A stretch of DNA of 36,373 bases from Patescibacteria group bacterium (lineage in GTDB: Bacteria; Patescibacteriota; Kazan-3B-28; UBA10110). Below are positions 17,641 through 26,870 of this stretch, piece by piece. The notes below the pieces were generated by a model. That model saw only the letters and a list, made by a program, of their open reading frames with translations. It was not told the origin of the DNA and made no database searches. The stretch is from positions 1-36,373 of the forward strand of contig JAHITC010000034.1 of NCBI GenBank assembly GCA_018817805.1, written 5' to 3'. The position numbers and the translations under genes were made by a program. The number at the start of each line of letters is the position of its first letter. The stretch's first letter is position 1.

Positions 17641-19004
17641 AGTTCCCTCCAATTATAATTTTTCTCAAAATGATGTGCCACTCGCATAATTACACTTTCT
17701 CCTAGTTGTGGTCCCATAACTTGCAATCCTACTGGCAAACCGTCAGCTAGCCCACAAGGGATTGAAATGGCAGGAATACCCACTAAATTAGCTGGAGCAG
17801 TAAGAAGGTCGGCTTTGTACATAGCTAGGGGGTTATTAGCCCTCTCACCTAGCTTAAAAGCCACTGTAGGAGTAGTAGGTGAAATTAGCACGTCCACTTG
17901 TTTAAAAACCCGGTCAAAATCTTGCTTAATTAATTGGGCAACTTTGCGAGCTCTATCGTAATAAGCTTCCCTGAATCCTGCGGAGGTGGTGTAGGTGCCA
18001 AGCATAATTCTGCGTTTAACTTCATGCCCGAGCCCAAGAGCCCTAGTTTTTTTATATAGTTCCTCAATAGTTTCGATCTGATCGTCTGCCCCTAAAGACA
18101 AGCCATATTTAACACCATCAAAACGAGCTAGGTTGGATGAAACTTCAGCTGGTTGGATAATGTAATAAGTAGCGAGAGCAAATGGAGCTGTAGGCAAACT
18201 AACCTCTATAATCACGGCCCCAAGTTCTTTAATTTTAGCGATGGCATCTTTTACTTTTTTATCAACTGCTGGATCGACTCCTTCACCAAAAAACTCTTTA
18301 GGCACACCAATCTTAAGACCTTTAATATCTTTTTTGATTTCTGCTGGATAATCTGGGACTGGCACTGGAAGAGAAGTTGCATCTTTAGGATCAACCCCAG
18401 AAATTATTTTTAAAACTTGGGCACAATCTTCTACCGTATTAGTAATTGGTCCTATCTGGTCAAGCGAACTAGCCATAGCGATAAGTCCATAGCGACTAAC
18501 TCTGCCATAGGTTGGTTTTAGACCTACTACGCCACAAAAGGCAGCTGGTTGGCGGATAGAACCACCAGTATCGCTACCTAAACTAAATGGAGTAAGTCCG
18601 GCAGCTACAGCAGCAGTCGATCCACCACTACTACCTCCAGGCACTCTGCTTTTATCTATAGGATTTTTAACTACCCCAAAAGCTGAATTTTCGTTACTGG
18701 CACCGAGAGCAAATTCATCTAAATTCGTTTTGCCAGCCACCCAAACTCCAGCTGCTTTTAGTTTGGTAATAACAGTCGCTTCGTAAGGCGATTGAAAGTT
18801 CTCTAAAATCTTAGAGGCACAAGTTGTGGGATATTCCAGAGTTACAATATTGTCTTTAATAAAACAAGGCACAGCTAGTTCGCCACTACCTAATTTGCCA
18901 GGTTTATCGGCAATGGATATTAAAGCATTTAGTTCCTTATTAGCATCGTTGGCCTGTTTTAAGAAATTCTTTAAATCTATAGTTTTGGCTTCAGCAATAT
19001 TCAT
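17637..19004 (-). CDS. gatA: Asp/Glu-tRNA amidotransferase subunit A
   Basis: Amidase signature [39 protein letters not shown]. Confidence 0.97.
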   Translation of the reverse strand: MNIAEAKTIDLKNFLKQANDANKELNALISIADKPGKLGSGELAVPCFIKDNIVTLEYPTTCASKILENFQSPYEATVITKLKAAGVWVAGKTNLDEFALGASNENSAFGVVKNPIDKSRVPGGSSGGSTAAVAAGLTPFSLGSDTGGSIRQPAAFCGVVGLKPTYGRVSRYGLIAMASSLDQIGPITNTVEDCAQVLKIISGVDPKDATSLPVPVPDYPAEIKKDIKGLKIGVPKEFFGEGVDPAVDKKVKDAIAKIKELGAVIIEVSLPTAPFALATYYIIQPAEVSSNLARFDGVKYGLSLGADDQIETIEELYKKTRALGLGHEVKRRIMLGTYTTSAGFREAYYDRARKVAQLIKQDFDRVFKQVDVLISPTTPTVAFKLGERANNPLAMYKADLLTAPANLVGIPAISIPCGLADGLPVGLQVMGPQLGESVIMRVAHHFEKNYNWREL

Positions 19005-19303
19005 TATGTTTCTCTGCCTAAGACACTCTTAACTTTAATTTGGCCATTTTGAATGGCAGGGGCATTGGCTAGTAATTCTTTTTGACTTATTTCACAACCT
19101 TTTATTGTATCTTCAGCTAATTGGTTAGTCAGCCCTGTGATTTGACCAATTTCTTCAACATTGGTTATATCTAACTTATTCAAATCATCGACATAATCTA
19201 AAACTGCTGAAAGCTCTTCTCCGTATTTGGTAATTTCAGCTTCAGTTAGCTCGATTCTGGCTAAACTAGCAATATGCTTAACATCGGTTTTAGATATTTT
19301 CAT
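19004..19303 (-). CDS. gatC: Asp/Glu-tRNA amidotransferase subunit C
   Basis: [12 protein letters not shown] pattern; directly upstream of gatA. Confidence 0.93.
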   Translation of the reverse strand: MKISKTDVKHIASLARIELTEAEITKYGEELSAVLDYVDDLNKLDITNVEEIGQITGLTNQLAEDTIKGCEISQKELLANAPAIQNGQIKVKSVLGRET

Positions 19304-19367
19304 AACATAGCCATTATACCTAAATGGCTCTCAAACTAAAAAATTCGCGACGAATCATTGTCCTTCC

Positions 19368-19393
19368 CTGGGGCTGCTACACGACCTTCGAAC
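19368..19393 (-). repeat. Diverged third copy of the att-like motif
   Basis: Minus strand GTTCGAAGGTCGTGTAGCAGCCCCAG versus GTTCGAAGCTCGTCCAGGACGGGGAG; same position just after an orphan-gene terminator. Confidence 0.55.
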
Positions 19394-19416
19394 CTTTTGT
19401 TTGAGTTTAGGATAAG

Positions 19417-19458
19417 AAAAACCCCCCCGATCTCTATTAAAAAAGTGACTGGGGGGGT
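19417..19458 (-). terminator. Intrinsic terminator of the 143-aa orphan
   Basis: C7/G7 stem followed by a T-tract on the minus strand. Confidence 0.7.
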
Positions 19459-19506
19459 AAAATGAAAAGAGTAATAATTGTGCATTGGGAGGAATCTAGT
19501 TTTCCC

Positions 19507-19938
19507 TTAAAAAGCACTTGGGGAAAATCGTCCGGATTTTCTATCCGCCTGAATTCCACCTTCATTGTGACTGTTCCTACTGATGAATGTTAGCACAGCT
19601 CGTTGGGATGAGGCTCTCTTCTTTTCGAGTTTGGAAATGGCTCTAATGAGATCCTTGGGTCCAAGGAAGATAGCAAATCCCCATTTGTTCTCGTAATCAT
19701 GGGACTTTCCTATTTTTGATTCGTGGAGCAATACCTCTGTGGCACTCCATCCTGCAGGGAGCAAAGCACGATCTATGTCATTCCTTGTCTTAAACATCCC
19801 AAAATGACAATCGTACCGTACTGCTTCCGGATCTGTTTGACACTCAGGAAAATGAGCTTTGCAGAAATCTAAAGAATGCCATATCCCAATTTTGGTTGGG
19901 GCTACAGTTTCCACACCATTAAGTTGTATCTCTGGCAC
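19507..19938 (-). CDS. Orphan hypothetical protein
   Basis: 143-aa ORF, GTG start with AAGAGG SD, own terminator. Confidence 0.6.
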   Translation of the reverse strand: MPEIQLNGVETVAPTKIGIWHSLDFCKAHFPECQTDPEAVRYDCHFGMFKTRNDIDRALLPAGWSATEVLLHESKIGKSHDYENKWGFAIFLGPKDLIRAISKLEKKRASSQRAVLTFISRNSHNEGGIQADRKSGRFSPSAF

Positions 19939-20018
19939 AGGACATCGCCTCTTTTTTAAGATTGCAAGTAATATCTAAGGATAGTATATATCTTGCTAGA
20001 AGTACAGGCGTCTGCTTC

Positions 20019-20399
20019 TTACTGGTCGCTAGGACCTTGCCCCCAAGGAGTTTGATCCGGAGAACTTCCTCCTGGTGGACTATCTTCCTTGTTATCTTCG
20101 TTGGTTGGAATATCTGCCGGTTCATCTGGGCTCGGAGTAGAATTGTCGATGTTATCTTCTTGGCTTGATTCATCTGTGTTATTAGATGGTAGGTTAGGTT
20201 TTGGTTTGTTGGTTATTAAATCAGAGTTGTTAATTTGCTCATCGACTATTTGGTCGGTGCTATCTTCAAGTGTCGATTGAGCCCATGCTTGCAAATCTGT
20301 TGCACTTTGTTTCCAAGAATAATAACCACCAACAATACTCGCAAGCAAGATAATACCACCCGTTACGATAAAATAGATGGGTTTAATTTGTAGCTTCAT
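20019..20399 (-). CDS. Membrane-anchored protein with low-complexity acidic/Pro-rich tail
   Basis: N-terminal TM; ATGA overlap with the murI stop. Confidence 0.75.
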   Translation of the reverse strand: MKLQIKPIYFIVTGGIILLASIVGGYYSWKQSATDLQAWAQSTLEDSTDQIVDEQINNSDLITNKPKPNLPSNNTDESSQEDNIDNSTPSPDEPADIPTNEDNKEDSPPGGSSPDQTPWGQGPSDQ

Positions 20400-21211
20400 A
20401 AAATAATTTGTTTTGCTTTGATATTAGAGATATTGGGTAAGAAGATTTTAGCTACAGAATTGAATTGCGTCGATGAATCTGTAACGAAAAATTTTATTTT
20501 CCCTGGTTGTTTTTGAGAATTGATTAACTGGTTTGTAGTTAATAGTGCTTTAACCGATTTTGCTAGAGCATTGCCAGAATCTAGAATTAGAGTTTTAGGC
20601 AAAAGTTTAGCTATCTCTTTTTTTAGTAAAGGGTAGTGCGTGCATCCAAGAATAAGTATTTCGGGTGAACTTTTAATTAAGGGAGTAAGGTAGGTTTTTA
20701 ATACATCTCTGGTTGCAGAATTTGCTATCCAATTTTCTTCAATTAACGGCACTAACAGCGGGCAAGCGATGTCAAAGATTCTAGCTTTTGGCAACGCTGT
20801 TTTTAACTTGCTTTGATAGGCACGACTGTTAATCGTTGCCCTGGTGCCTAAGATGCCAATAGTGGCATTAGAAGTAGCGTTTTCTTTAACTATGGCTATC
20901 ATTGGGTTGATAACCCCCATTACTGGTGTGGTTATTTCCTTTGGTAGGTCATTGAGTCCAATAGCCGAAGCGGTATTACAGGCACAAATAATGAGCTTGA
21001 CTCTCTGCCTAAGTAAAAAGTTAATATCCTCTTGGGTATATCTTTTTATGGTTTCTGCCGATCTGCTGCCATAAGGAGTTCTGGCAGTATCCCCCAGATA
21101 GATAAAGTCCTCGTGTGGCAAGACCTTAAGTAGAGATTTAATAACAGTTAACCCACCAACGCCAGAATCAAAAACTCCAATTGGTAGAGAAGAATTACTT
21201 TTAGATAACAT
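20396..21211 (-). CDS. murI: Glutamate racemase
   Basis: FDSGVGGLTV, PYG, ACNTAS, LGCTHYP. Confidence 0.97.
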   Translation of the reverse strand: MLSKSNSSLPIGVFDSGVGGLTVIKSLLKVLPHEDFIYLGDTARTPYGSRSAETIKRYTQEDINFLLRQRVKLIICACNTASAIGLNDLPKEITTPVMGVINPMIAIVKENATSNATIGILGTRATINSRAYQSKLKTALPKARIFDIACPLLVPLIEENWIANSATRDVLKTYLTPLIKSSPEILILGCTHYPLLKKEIAKLLPKTLILDSGNALAKSVKALLTTNQLINSQKQPGKIKFFVTDSSTQFNSVAKIFLPNISNIKAKQIIL

Positions 21212-21232
21212 ATTGTTATTTTAACATCGAAT

Positions 21233-21268
21233 AAAAAAACGGCGATAACTTGAGGGGTTATCGCCGTT
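21233..21268 (-). terminator. Intrinsic terminator
   Basis: 12-bp stem AACGGCGATAAC/GTTATCGCCGTT plus T-tract. Confidence 0.85.
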
Positions 21269-21337
21269 GTACTGGGTTCTATCCCAGCCGTAGGCGGACA
21301 ACAGAGGACTCTATCGGAGAAATCTTTAGTGGCTATT

Positions 21338-21823
21338 TTATATCCACCCCTTTAGTTTGTGGTGGATTAGAACCAATGCCCTATAAATAAAAAAGAGAAA
21401 CTGTGATCGACATCGGCTCTGAGGTTCATCGCTACCGGCATACCGAGTAGTGCCGGTTTTTTGCGTGACATTTAACCCTTGCTTTTTAAGGATACTTTTT
21501 GGCCACGTGTGATCCTCATGTGTGACCACATAAAATCTACATCGATTAGTGGACAACTTGACTTCAGCTAGTAAATCGAGGGCTTTCTCGATGACCTGTT
21601 TGCTAGATAAACAAGTTTTGGGTGATAGTTCAGTATGTTTTTTCGTTACTCCCTTATAGCTGAGAGTAACTTGCCCTTGCTCGGTTTGTTCAATCAAGCA
21701 ACATTCTACCGTGTGGGAATATTGCTTGATCAGTGTGTTGGCCTTTTTAAATATACTCTTGTTGGAAGTATTTTGAGGATTAGCACCGAACAAGAACGAT
21801 AAGATCACTACGGTATATGTCAA
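21338..21823 (-). CDS. Hypothetical protein, possibly a degenerate YdcF/DUF218-like fold
   Basis: 161-aa ORF with AAGAGGTG SD; FG...SN, VVTHEDH and Q...RS pattern; start codon uncertain. Confidence 0.55.
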   Translation of the reverse strand: MTYTVVILSFLFGANPQNTSNKSIFKKANTLIKQYSHTVECCLIEQTEQGQVTLSYKGVTKKHTELSPKTCLSSKQVIEKALDLLAEVKLSTNRCRFYVVTHEDHTWPKSILKKQGLNVTQKTGTTRYAGSDEPQSRCRSQFLFFIYRALVLIHHKLKGWI

Positions 21824-21948
21824 TCATCATCACCTCTTGTAGATTGGATTGTCAAAAATAAGAATACAAAATGCAAGCACACCCTCTCATGTCATGAAAA
21901 GAATGTCAAGCAATTTGTCTTTACCAGACACGATTATTTTAGTAGGAG

Positions 21949-22155
21949 TTAATCTTCGAAAAACAAAGATGTGGCGAACGCCGCAAATCCAACTCCTAAG
22001 CCAATGAACATCCCTGCAGGGAGATTATTGACGGCAAAACCAATGCCAAAACCTAAAAATAAACCAGCTGGGATGAATATGGCACCTTTCCCATGCTTAT
22101 ATTTTTCTACTTCAATTTTATTCTCAACTTTCTTACTAACTTTTTTAACAGCCAT
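21949..22155 (-). CDS. Small Gly-rich two-TM membrane protein (68 aa)
   Basis: IPAGLFLGFGIGF...PAGMFIGLGVGF internal repeat; ATG at 22155. Confidence 0.75.
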   Translation of the reverse strand: MAVKKVSKKVENKIEVEKYKHGKGAIFIPAGLFLGFGIGFAVNNLPAGMFIGLGVGFAAFATSLFFED

Positions 22156-22225
22156 TTTATTCAACAATATTATAAACTAAAACTTTTTTATTATACCAAA
22201 CCTGATATATTAAATCTGTTGTTAT

Positions 22226-22299
22226 TGGGACGTAGCCAAGTGGTAAGGCAACGGGTTCTGGTCCCGTGATCGTAGGTTCGAACCCTACCGTCCCAGCCA
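22226..22299 (+). tRNA. trnQ: tRNA-Gln (anticodon CUG)
   Basis: Cloverleaf; acceptor stem TGGGACG/CGTCCCA, anticodon arm ACGGG-ttCTGgt-CCCGT, GTTCGAA, encoded CCA. Confidence 0.97.
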
Positions 22300-22363
22300 T
22301 AGATTTTATCAGGTGAAGAAATGAGTTATATTGTAACTGGTTATATAAATAGTACAAAAAATT

Positions 22364-22759
22364 ATGAAAAAATATATTTGGCTCGGTTTAGCCGTTATGG
22401 TTCTAGGCCTTTCAGGATGCACATTGGTTAAATATGAGAATGTTCCGAATAACGATATTGTAGATAATCAGGGTGATATTAGCGCTGATGAAGCGGCTAT
22501 CAACCAATTATTTATTGATAAATATCCCACCGAAGCTGATCGCCCCGAAGTTAAAATAGAGACATTGGTTGGTGACAATGCCCGTGGTAGTTTGGTATTT
22601 AAAGATGCCGGAAACGCGGCAGTTAGTGGGGCTTATTTTTTCGCGGCCAAAGTGGATGACATCTGGGAAATTGTACTAAGCGGTAATGGCGTAATTGATT
22701 GCACCATTCTTGCCCCATATAATTTTCCATCTGATATGACAGCGGATTGCGCTGCATAA
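22364..22759 (+). CDS. Putative lipoprotein
   Basis: Lipobox LSGC; C-terminal W.IV..GNG...C......FP......C pattern. Confidence 0.8.
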   Translation: MKKYIWLGLAVMVLGLSGCTLVKYENVPNNDIVDNQGDISADEAAINQLFIDKYPTEADRPEVKIETLVGDNARGSLVFKDAGNAAVSGAYFFAAKVDDIWEIVLSGNGVIDCTILAPYNFPSDMTADCAA

Positions 22760-22760
22760 T

Positions 22761-22790
22761 AAAAAGAGGGCGCCATTGGGTTAGCGCCCT
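22761..22790 (-). terminator. Intrinsic terminator between convergent genes
   Basis: AGGGCGC/GCGCCCT stem with T-tract on the minus strand. Confidence 0.7.
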
Positions 22791-22802
22791 GTCCCCCCTT
22801 GT

Positions 22803-23312
22803 CTAGATAAGTACCTTCATTCTCTTCTTTTTCTTCTTCGCAGGTGAAGAAGGTTTTTCCGTCGTAGCGGATAAGATAATAGTTAGCTGGTTAAGTTCGT
22901 CCCAACAATATTCATGCAAGTAAAGCATGAATTTATCGTATCCGTCACCAGTTTCTACCAGCTTGAAAGCCCAAATGGCAAGAATTAGATCTCTTAGATC
23001 AGGATCTAAAGATGCGAGTCGCTTCTCCTTTAAGATGTTGTAAGTTTCACCTCGTGCTTCATACCCACGATATCGAAACTTAACATCCTTGCCAAACTCC
23101 TGTAGAGTCCTGTCTCCCATGCCAACAAAGACCTGAATAATATGTTTTAGAAACTCTCCTAGTTTTAAAGAGTTTCCAAATCTAATCTCATCCCTGGATA
23201 ACCCCGCGGCCGCCCTGCTACGGAAATCATTCTTCTGCTTGAGTATCTTATTAAGCAGACGATAGATCTCCTTTTTCCAAGTTACACTTGTGGTGCAAGC
23301 GCCATACTGCAT
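22803..23312 (-). CDS. Orphan hypothetical protein with basic C-terminal tail
   Basis: 169-aa ORF, GGGAGGTG SD. Confidence 0.65.
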   Translation of the reverse strand: MQYGACTTSVTWKKEIYRLLNKILKQKNDFRSRAAAGLSRDEIRFGNSLKLGEFLKHIIQVFVGMGDRTLQEFGKDVKFRYRGYEARGETYNILKEKRLASLDPDLRDLILAIWAFKLVETGDGYDKFMLYLHEYCWDELNQLTIILSATTEKPSSPAKKKKKRMKVLI

Positions 23313-23369
23313 AAGCTTACACCTCCCGTAAATCTAACTATGTAAAAGTGCTTGAGTAATCTGAAGGTA

Positions 23370-24500
23370 TTATACCTTTTTAAGCAAATTTTTGTACACT
23401 TTGTCTGTAACTCGAACCATTTTGTGTGCAGAAAAGTTCTTAACAGTTTCTTCGCCAGCTTTAATAAACTTTTGTTGAAGTTTTCTGTCGTTAATTAACC
23501 GGATGATAGAAGAAGCGATTGTTTTACTATCCCCTGCTTCTACTAAGATTCCATTATGGTTATTTGTAATAATTTCTGGGATACCACCAACCCTTGTTGC
23601 AATAACTGGGACACGAGACCTCATAGCCTCTAGAATACAGATGCCAAATGCTTCCGACCGAGAAGTTAGCACAAAAGCAGTAAAAATTTGAGAAATACTA
23701 GATACTTCTTTCATTGCACCAGTAAATATTATGTTTTGGCTAATTTTTAACTTTTGGGCTAGTTTTTGTAATCTGTATTTTAATGGACCACTACCTACTA
23801 TTACTAACTTGGCTTTTGGTAGCTTATTAATTACTCTCGGCATAGCTTTAATTAAAGTGGCAGTATCTTTTTGAATATTTAAATTCCCTACTGTGCCGAT
23901 AATAACATCCTGCTTCTTAAGTCCATGCTGGTTAATTAAGTCGAGAGCTTGCTGGTCGATATGCTTACTTGCAGTTAATGAGATACCGTTATGAATTACT
24001 TCAATTTTGTCTGGCGTAGTAATTTTATTTTTAACCAAGAAATCAGCCACCGCCTGAGACACAGCAATATTCACATGTGTCATTTTGTCGAGCATTCGCA
24101 TAGCTCTAATATGCGCCCAATCTAGTGCCGAGTTGGCTAAATGAAACTGCGACGTACGAGTGTGCTCAGTATAAACTATTTTAATTGGTAGATTTCTAGC
24201 TGCAAACCGGCCGATAAGACCAGCTCTTTGACCATGCACATGCAAAATATCTGGGTCGTATTTGACTAATAGTTTTTTAATAGCATTAACCGCTGATATG
24301 TCCGACCGGCTTTTCATTGGCACTAAGAAGACATTTATTCTCCGCCTAGTTAACTCGTCGGCTAATGGACCTTGCGGTAAAATTACCGAAATAGAAAATT
24401 CTTTCTTATCTAAATAATCAACCAAAGAAAGTAGGTGTCTGGGAGCACCGGTTAAGGAACTATCTGCGATAACGTAAAATAAATTAATTTTTTTAGCCAT
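23370..24500 (-). CDS. Glycosyltransferase family 4
   Basis: GT-B fold, EAFGICILEAM (EX7E). Confidence 0.92.
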   Translation of the reverse strand: MAKKINLFYVIADSSLTGAPRHLLSLVDYLDKKEFSISVILPQGPLADELTRRRINVFLVPMKSRSDISAVNAIKKLLVKYDPDILHVHGQRAGLIGRFAARNLPIKIVYTEHTRTSQFHLANSALDWAHIRAMRMLDKMTHVNIAVSQAVADFLVKNKITTPDKIEVIHNGISLTASKHIDQQALDLINQHGLKKQDVIIGTVGNLNIQKDTATLIKAMPRVINKLPKAKLVIVGSGPLKYRLQKLAQKLKISQNIIFTGAMKEVSSISQIFTAFVLTSRSEAFGICILEAMRSRVPVIATRVGGIPEIITNNHNGILVEAGDSKTIASSIIRLINDRKLQQKFIKAGEETVKNFSAHKMVRVTDKVYKNLLKKV

Positions 24501-25782
24501 TAATTTTGGTTAAAGCGGTTGATATACGTTTTAATGATTCTTCTTTACCTAAGACATTGAGCATTTCTACTGGGCTAGGACTACCAGCAAGTCCGGAAAG
24601 TGCAACTCTAACAGGCCAAAATACATCCCCTAAAGATAACCCTTCTGCTGCAATAGATAGATCCAGAATTTGTTGCAAGTGTTTTTCCTTCCATACAGTT
24701 TTAGCAGTACTCGATAAAACATTAAGGGCAAGTGTTAGGCCTTTATTTGTTAATGCAGGGGTACTCTTTTTAAAAACCAGTAAATCTTTATTGTAATCCG
24801 GTGTAGTGTAAAAAAATTCCATTAATTTAGGCAATTCTGCCAAATATTCTGCTCGTTCTTGTATAAGTTTTAAAACTTTTTTGTGGTAGATGCTAGTGCC
24901 TTTAAACGGAATATATTTCTTAGCTAGTTTATAGTATTCATCTAAAGATAATTGGGTTAGATAATGATGGTTTATATGGTTAAGATATTTAACATCAAAA
25001 ACTGCACCTGCTTTTTGGACCCTACTTAAATCGAAAACTTTAACTAGCTCTTCAAGAGTGAAGAACTCTCTGTTAGTTGGGTCAGACCAGCCAATCTGGG
25101 CTAAAAAGTTAATTAGCGCCGATGGCAAATATCCCTTTTTAATATAATCAGAGAAGTTTACATCGCCACTGCGTTTGCTCATTTTACTGCGATCGGAATT
25201 AAGAATAAGTGGGATATGTGCGTACTCTGGCACTCTGGCACTTAAGGCTTGGAATAATAAAATGTGTTTAGGGGTGTTAGACAAATGGTCTTCTCCGCGA
25301 ATAACATGCGATATGCGCATTTCCATATCATCTATTACATTTACGAAATGAAAAACAAAATCTCCATTACTTTTAGCAATAATAAAATCATCAAAACTTG
25401 TAGCATCGAATTCGACTTCTCCGCGAATAACGTCATTAACTATTATCTTGCCAGACGTTGGAGTGCGAAAATATATTGCATTATCTTTCTTATATGCTAG
25501 ATTTTTGTCTAGCAACGCTTGTAAATGTTTTTGATAAATATCAATCCGTTTGGATTGTTGGTATTTTTCATCCCATTTAAGACCCAACCATTTAAGACCA
25601 GCTTCAATGTCTTGCTCAAAAACTTTTTGATTACGCTCCTTGTCAGTATCTTCCAGTCGTAAAATAAATTTACCGTGATGTTTTTTAGCAAACAAATAAT
25701 TGAATAGAGCGGTACGTGCACTGCCAACATGTAGTGCACCAGTCGGGCTTGGCGCAAATCTAACCCTTGTTTCCACCTCCAT
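24493..25782 (-). CDS. gltX: Glutamate-tRNA ligase, probably non-discriminating
   Basis: RFAPSPTG, HIGH-like HVGS, IRGEDH, KMSKR. Confidence 0.96.
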   Translation of the reverse strand: MEVETRVRFAPSPTGALHVGSARTALFNYLFAKKHHGKFILRLEDTDKERNQKVFEQDIEAGLKWLGLKWDEKYQQSKRIDIYQKHLQALLDKNLAYKKDNAIYFRTPTSGKIIVNDVIRGEVEFDATSFDDFIIAKSNGDFVFHFVNVIDDMEMRISHVIRGEDHLSNTPKHILLFQALSARVPEYAHIPLILNSDRSKMSKRSGDVNFSDYIKKGYLPSALINFLAQIGWSDPTNREFFTLEELVKVFDLSRVQKAGAVFDVKYLNHINHHYLTQLSLDEYYKLAKKYIPFKGTSIYHKKVLKLIQERAEYLAELPKLMEFFYTTPDYNKDLLVFKKSTPALTNKGLTLALNVLSSTAKTVWKEKHLQQILDLSIAAEGLSLGDVFWPVRVALSGLAGSPSPVEMLNVLGKEESLKRISTALTKING

Positions 25783-25823
25783 ACCCCTATTTTAACACGT
25801 AGCGATTGTTTTAGTCATCAAGG

Positions 25824-25858
25824 AAAAGGGTTCTCTCTGTTCTGGATAGAGAGAACCC
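25824..25858 (-). terminator. Intrinsic terminator
   Basis: GGGTTCTCTCT/AGAGAGAACCC stem followed by TTTT. Confidence 0.85.
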
Positions 25859-25921
25859 GGTGCATCGAAATATATTCTAGCAAAATCATGGAGGTGTTTC
25901 ATCTCATCAACTTCGATGCAT
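25824..25921 (-). ncRNA. Candidate ~100-nt sRNA with CACCUCCAU in its loop
   Basis: Promoter TTGACG-18-TAGAAT (25957-25928); predicted +1 at the base of a 9-bp stem; 11-bp terminator stem plus U-tract. Confidence 0.55.
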
Positions 25922-25953
25922 GGATTGATTCTACAACAGAAGTGCGAACTGCG

Positions 25954-26826
25954 TCAATTCTGTCGCCCCTGAGCTAGTTTATAGGCCTTAACGGTCTTCA
26001 TGAAGTCGATAGTAGCCGTTTTGATGCGTTCACGACGCCAGGGCTGTATTAAATATCGCCATAGCCACTCTAACCCTCTAACCTGTAACCACCTAGGGGC
26101 TCTTTTGGCTTTAGAGTCCTTAACTGGCGAATTAATAGGGGTGGCTTCAGCTATGAAATCGAAAGCTCCTCCTATGCCCATCATAGTCACGCCATTTAGC
26201 TTTCCAACATAATCTTTTATCCATCTAAGTTGCTCTTTGGCAGGGAAAGCCAAAAAAACAAACTTGGGATTAACTAATTTGATTCGATCAATAACTTCTG
26301 CTTCGAATTCGTACGGTGGACCAGGCATAACATCAGCTATTTGTAAATTAGGATACAACAGTTGCAATTTGCGCGATGCTTCGTAGGCAACTCCCGGGGC
26401 AGCTCCTAGAAGAAAGATGCTCCAACCTCTTTCAGATGCTAGTTTGCTAATCTCCCAAAGCATATCAGCGCCAGTAATACGCTCTGGAATAACTTTGGTT
26501 AGTGTTCTGGGGTTAATAACAATACTTAGACCAGTTAAAAACAATTGCACTGCTACTTGCAATTTAGCTAATGGAAGATAACTGCTGATAGGGATAGATA
26601 GATAATATGCGGCCCATAAAATACCGATACCATCGGCTAGCGCTAAATCGGAGTTATTAATTATTTCCCTAAAATTGCCGTCTTTGAGTGCCTGCATTAC
26701 AAATTCCGGATTGGGAGTGACAATGTAATGATCTTTTCTATCCCTCACTAAGCCTGCCACTTTGTCTAAAGCTTGCGGGGCAGTTACAGCACTAATTTGT
26801 ACCCCTAGAACATTAACTTTTTCCAT
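25954..26826 (-). CDS. WecB/TagA/CpsF family glycosyltransferase
   Basis: IVTPNPE, LADGIG, RITGAD, GIGGAFDF, RAP.W....GLEWLWR. Confidence 0.93.
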   Translation of the reverse strand: MEKVNVLGVQISAVTAPQALDKVAGLVRDRKDHYIVTPNPEFVMQALKDGNFREIINNSDLALADGIGILWAAYYLSIPISSYLPLAKLQVAVQLFLTGLSIVINPRTLTKVIPERITGADMLWEISKLASERGWSIFLLGAAPGVAYEASRKLQLLYPNLQIADVMPGPPYEFEAEVIDRIKLVNPKFVFLAFPAKEQLRWIKDYVGKLNGVTMMGIGGAFDFIAEATPINSPVKDSKAKRAPRWLQVRGLEWLWRYLIQPWRRERIKTATIDFMKTVKAYKLAQGRQN

Positions 26827-26870
26827 AGTTCTATTATACTTGGCACTTAGAGAATAAAAAATATTCCAAC

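Noticed and set aside
21269-21337. Homology between this 3' UTR hairpin and the TGGG..CCCAG hairpin of the sRNA candidate at 2436-2451
   Set aside because: Shared stretch too short to distinguish from chance
22157-22357. 66-aa ORF containing MAGTVGFEPT
   Set aside because: Antisense translation of tRNA-Gln
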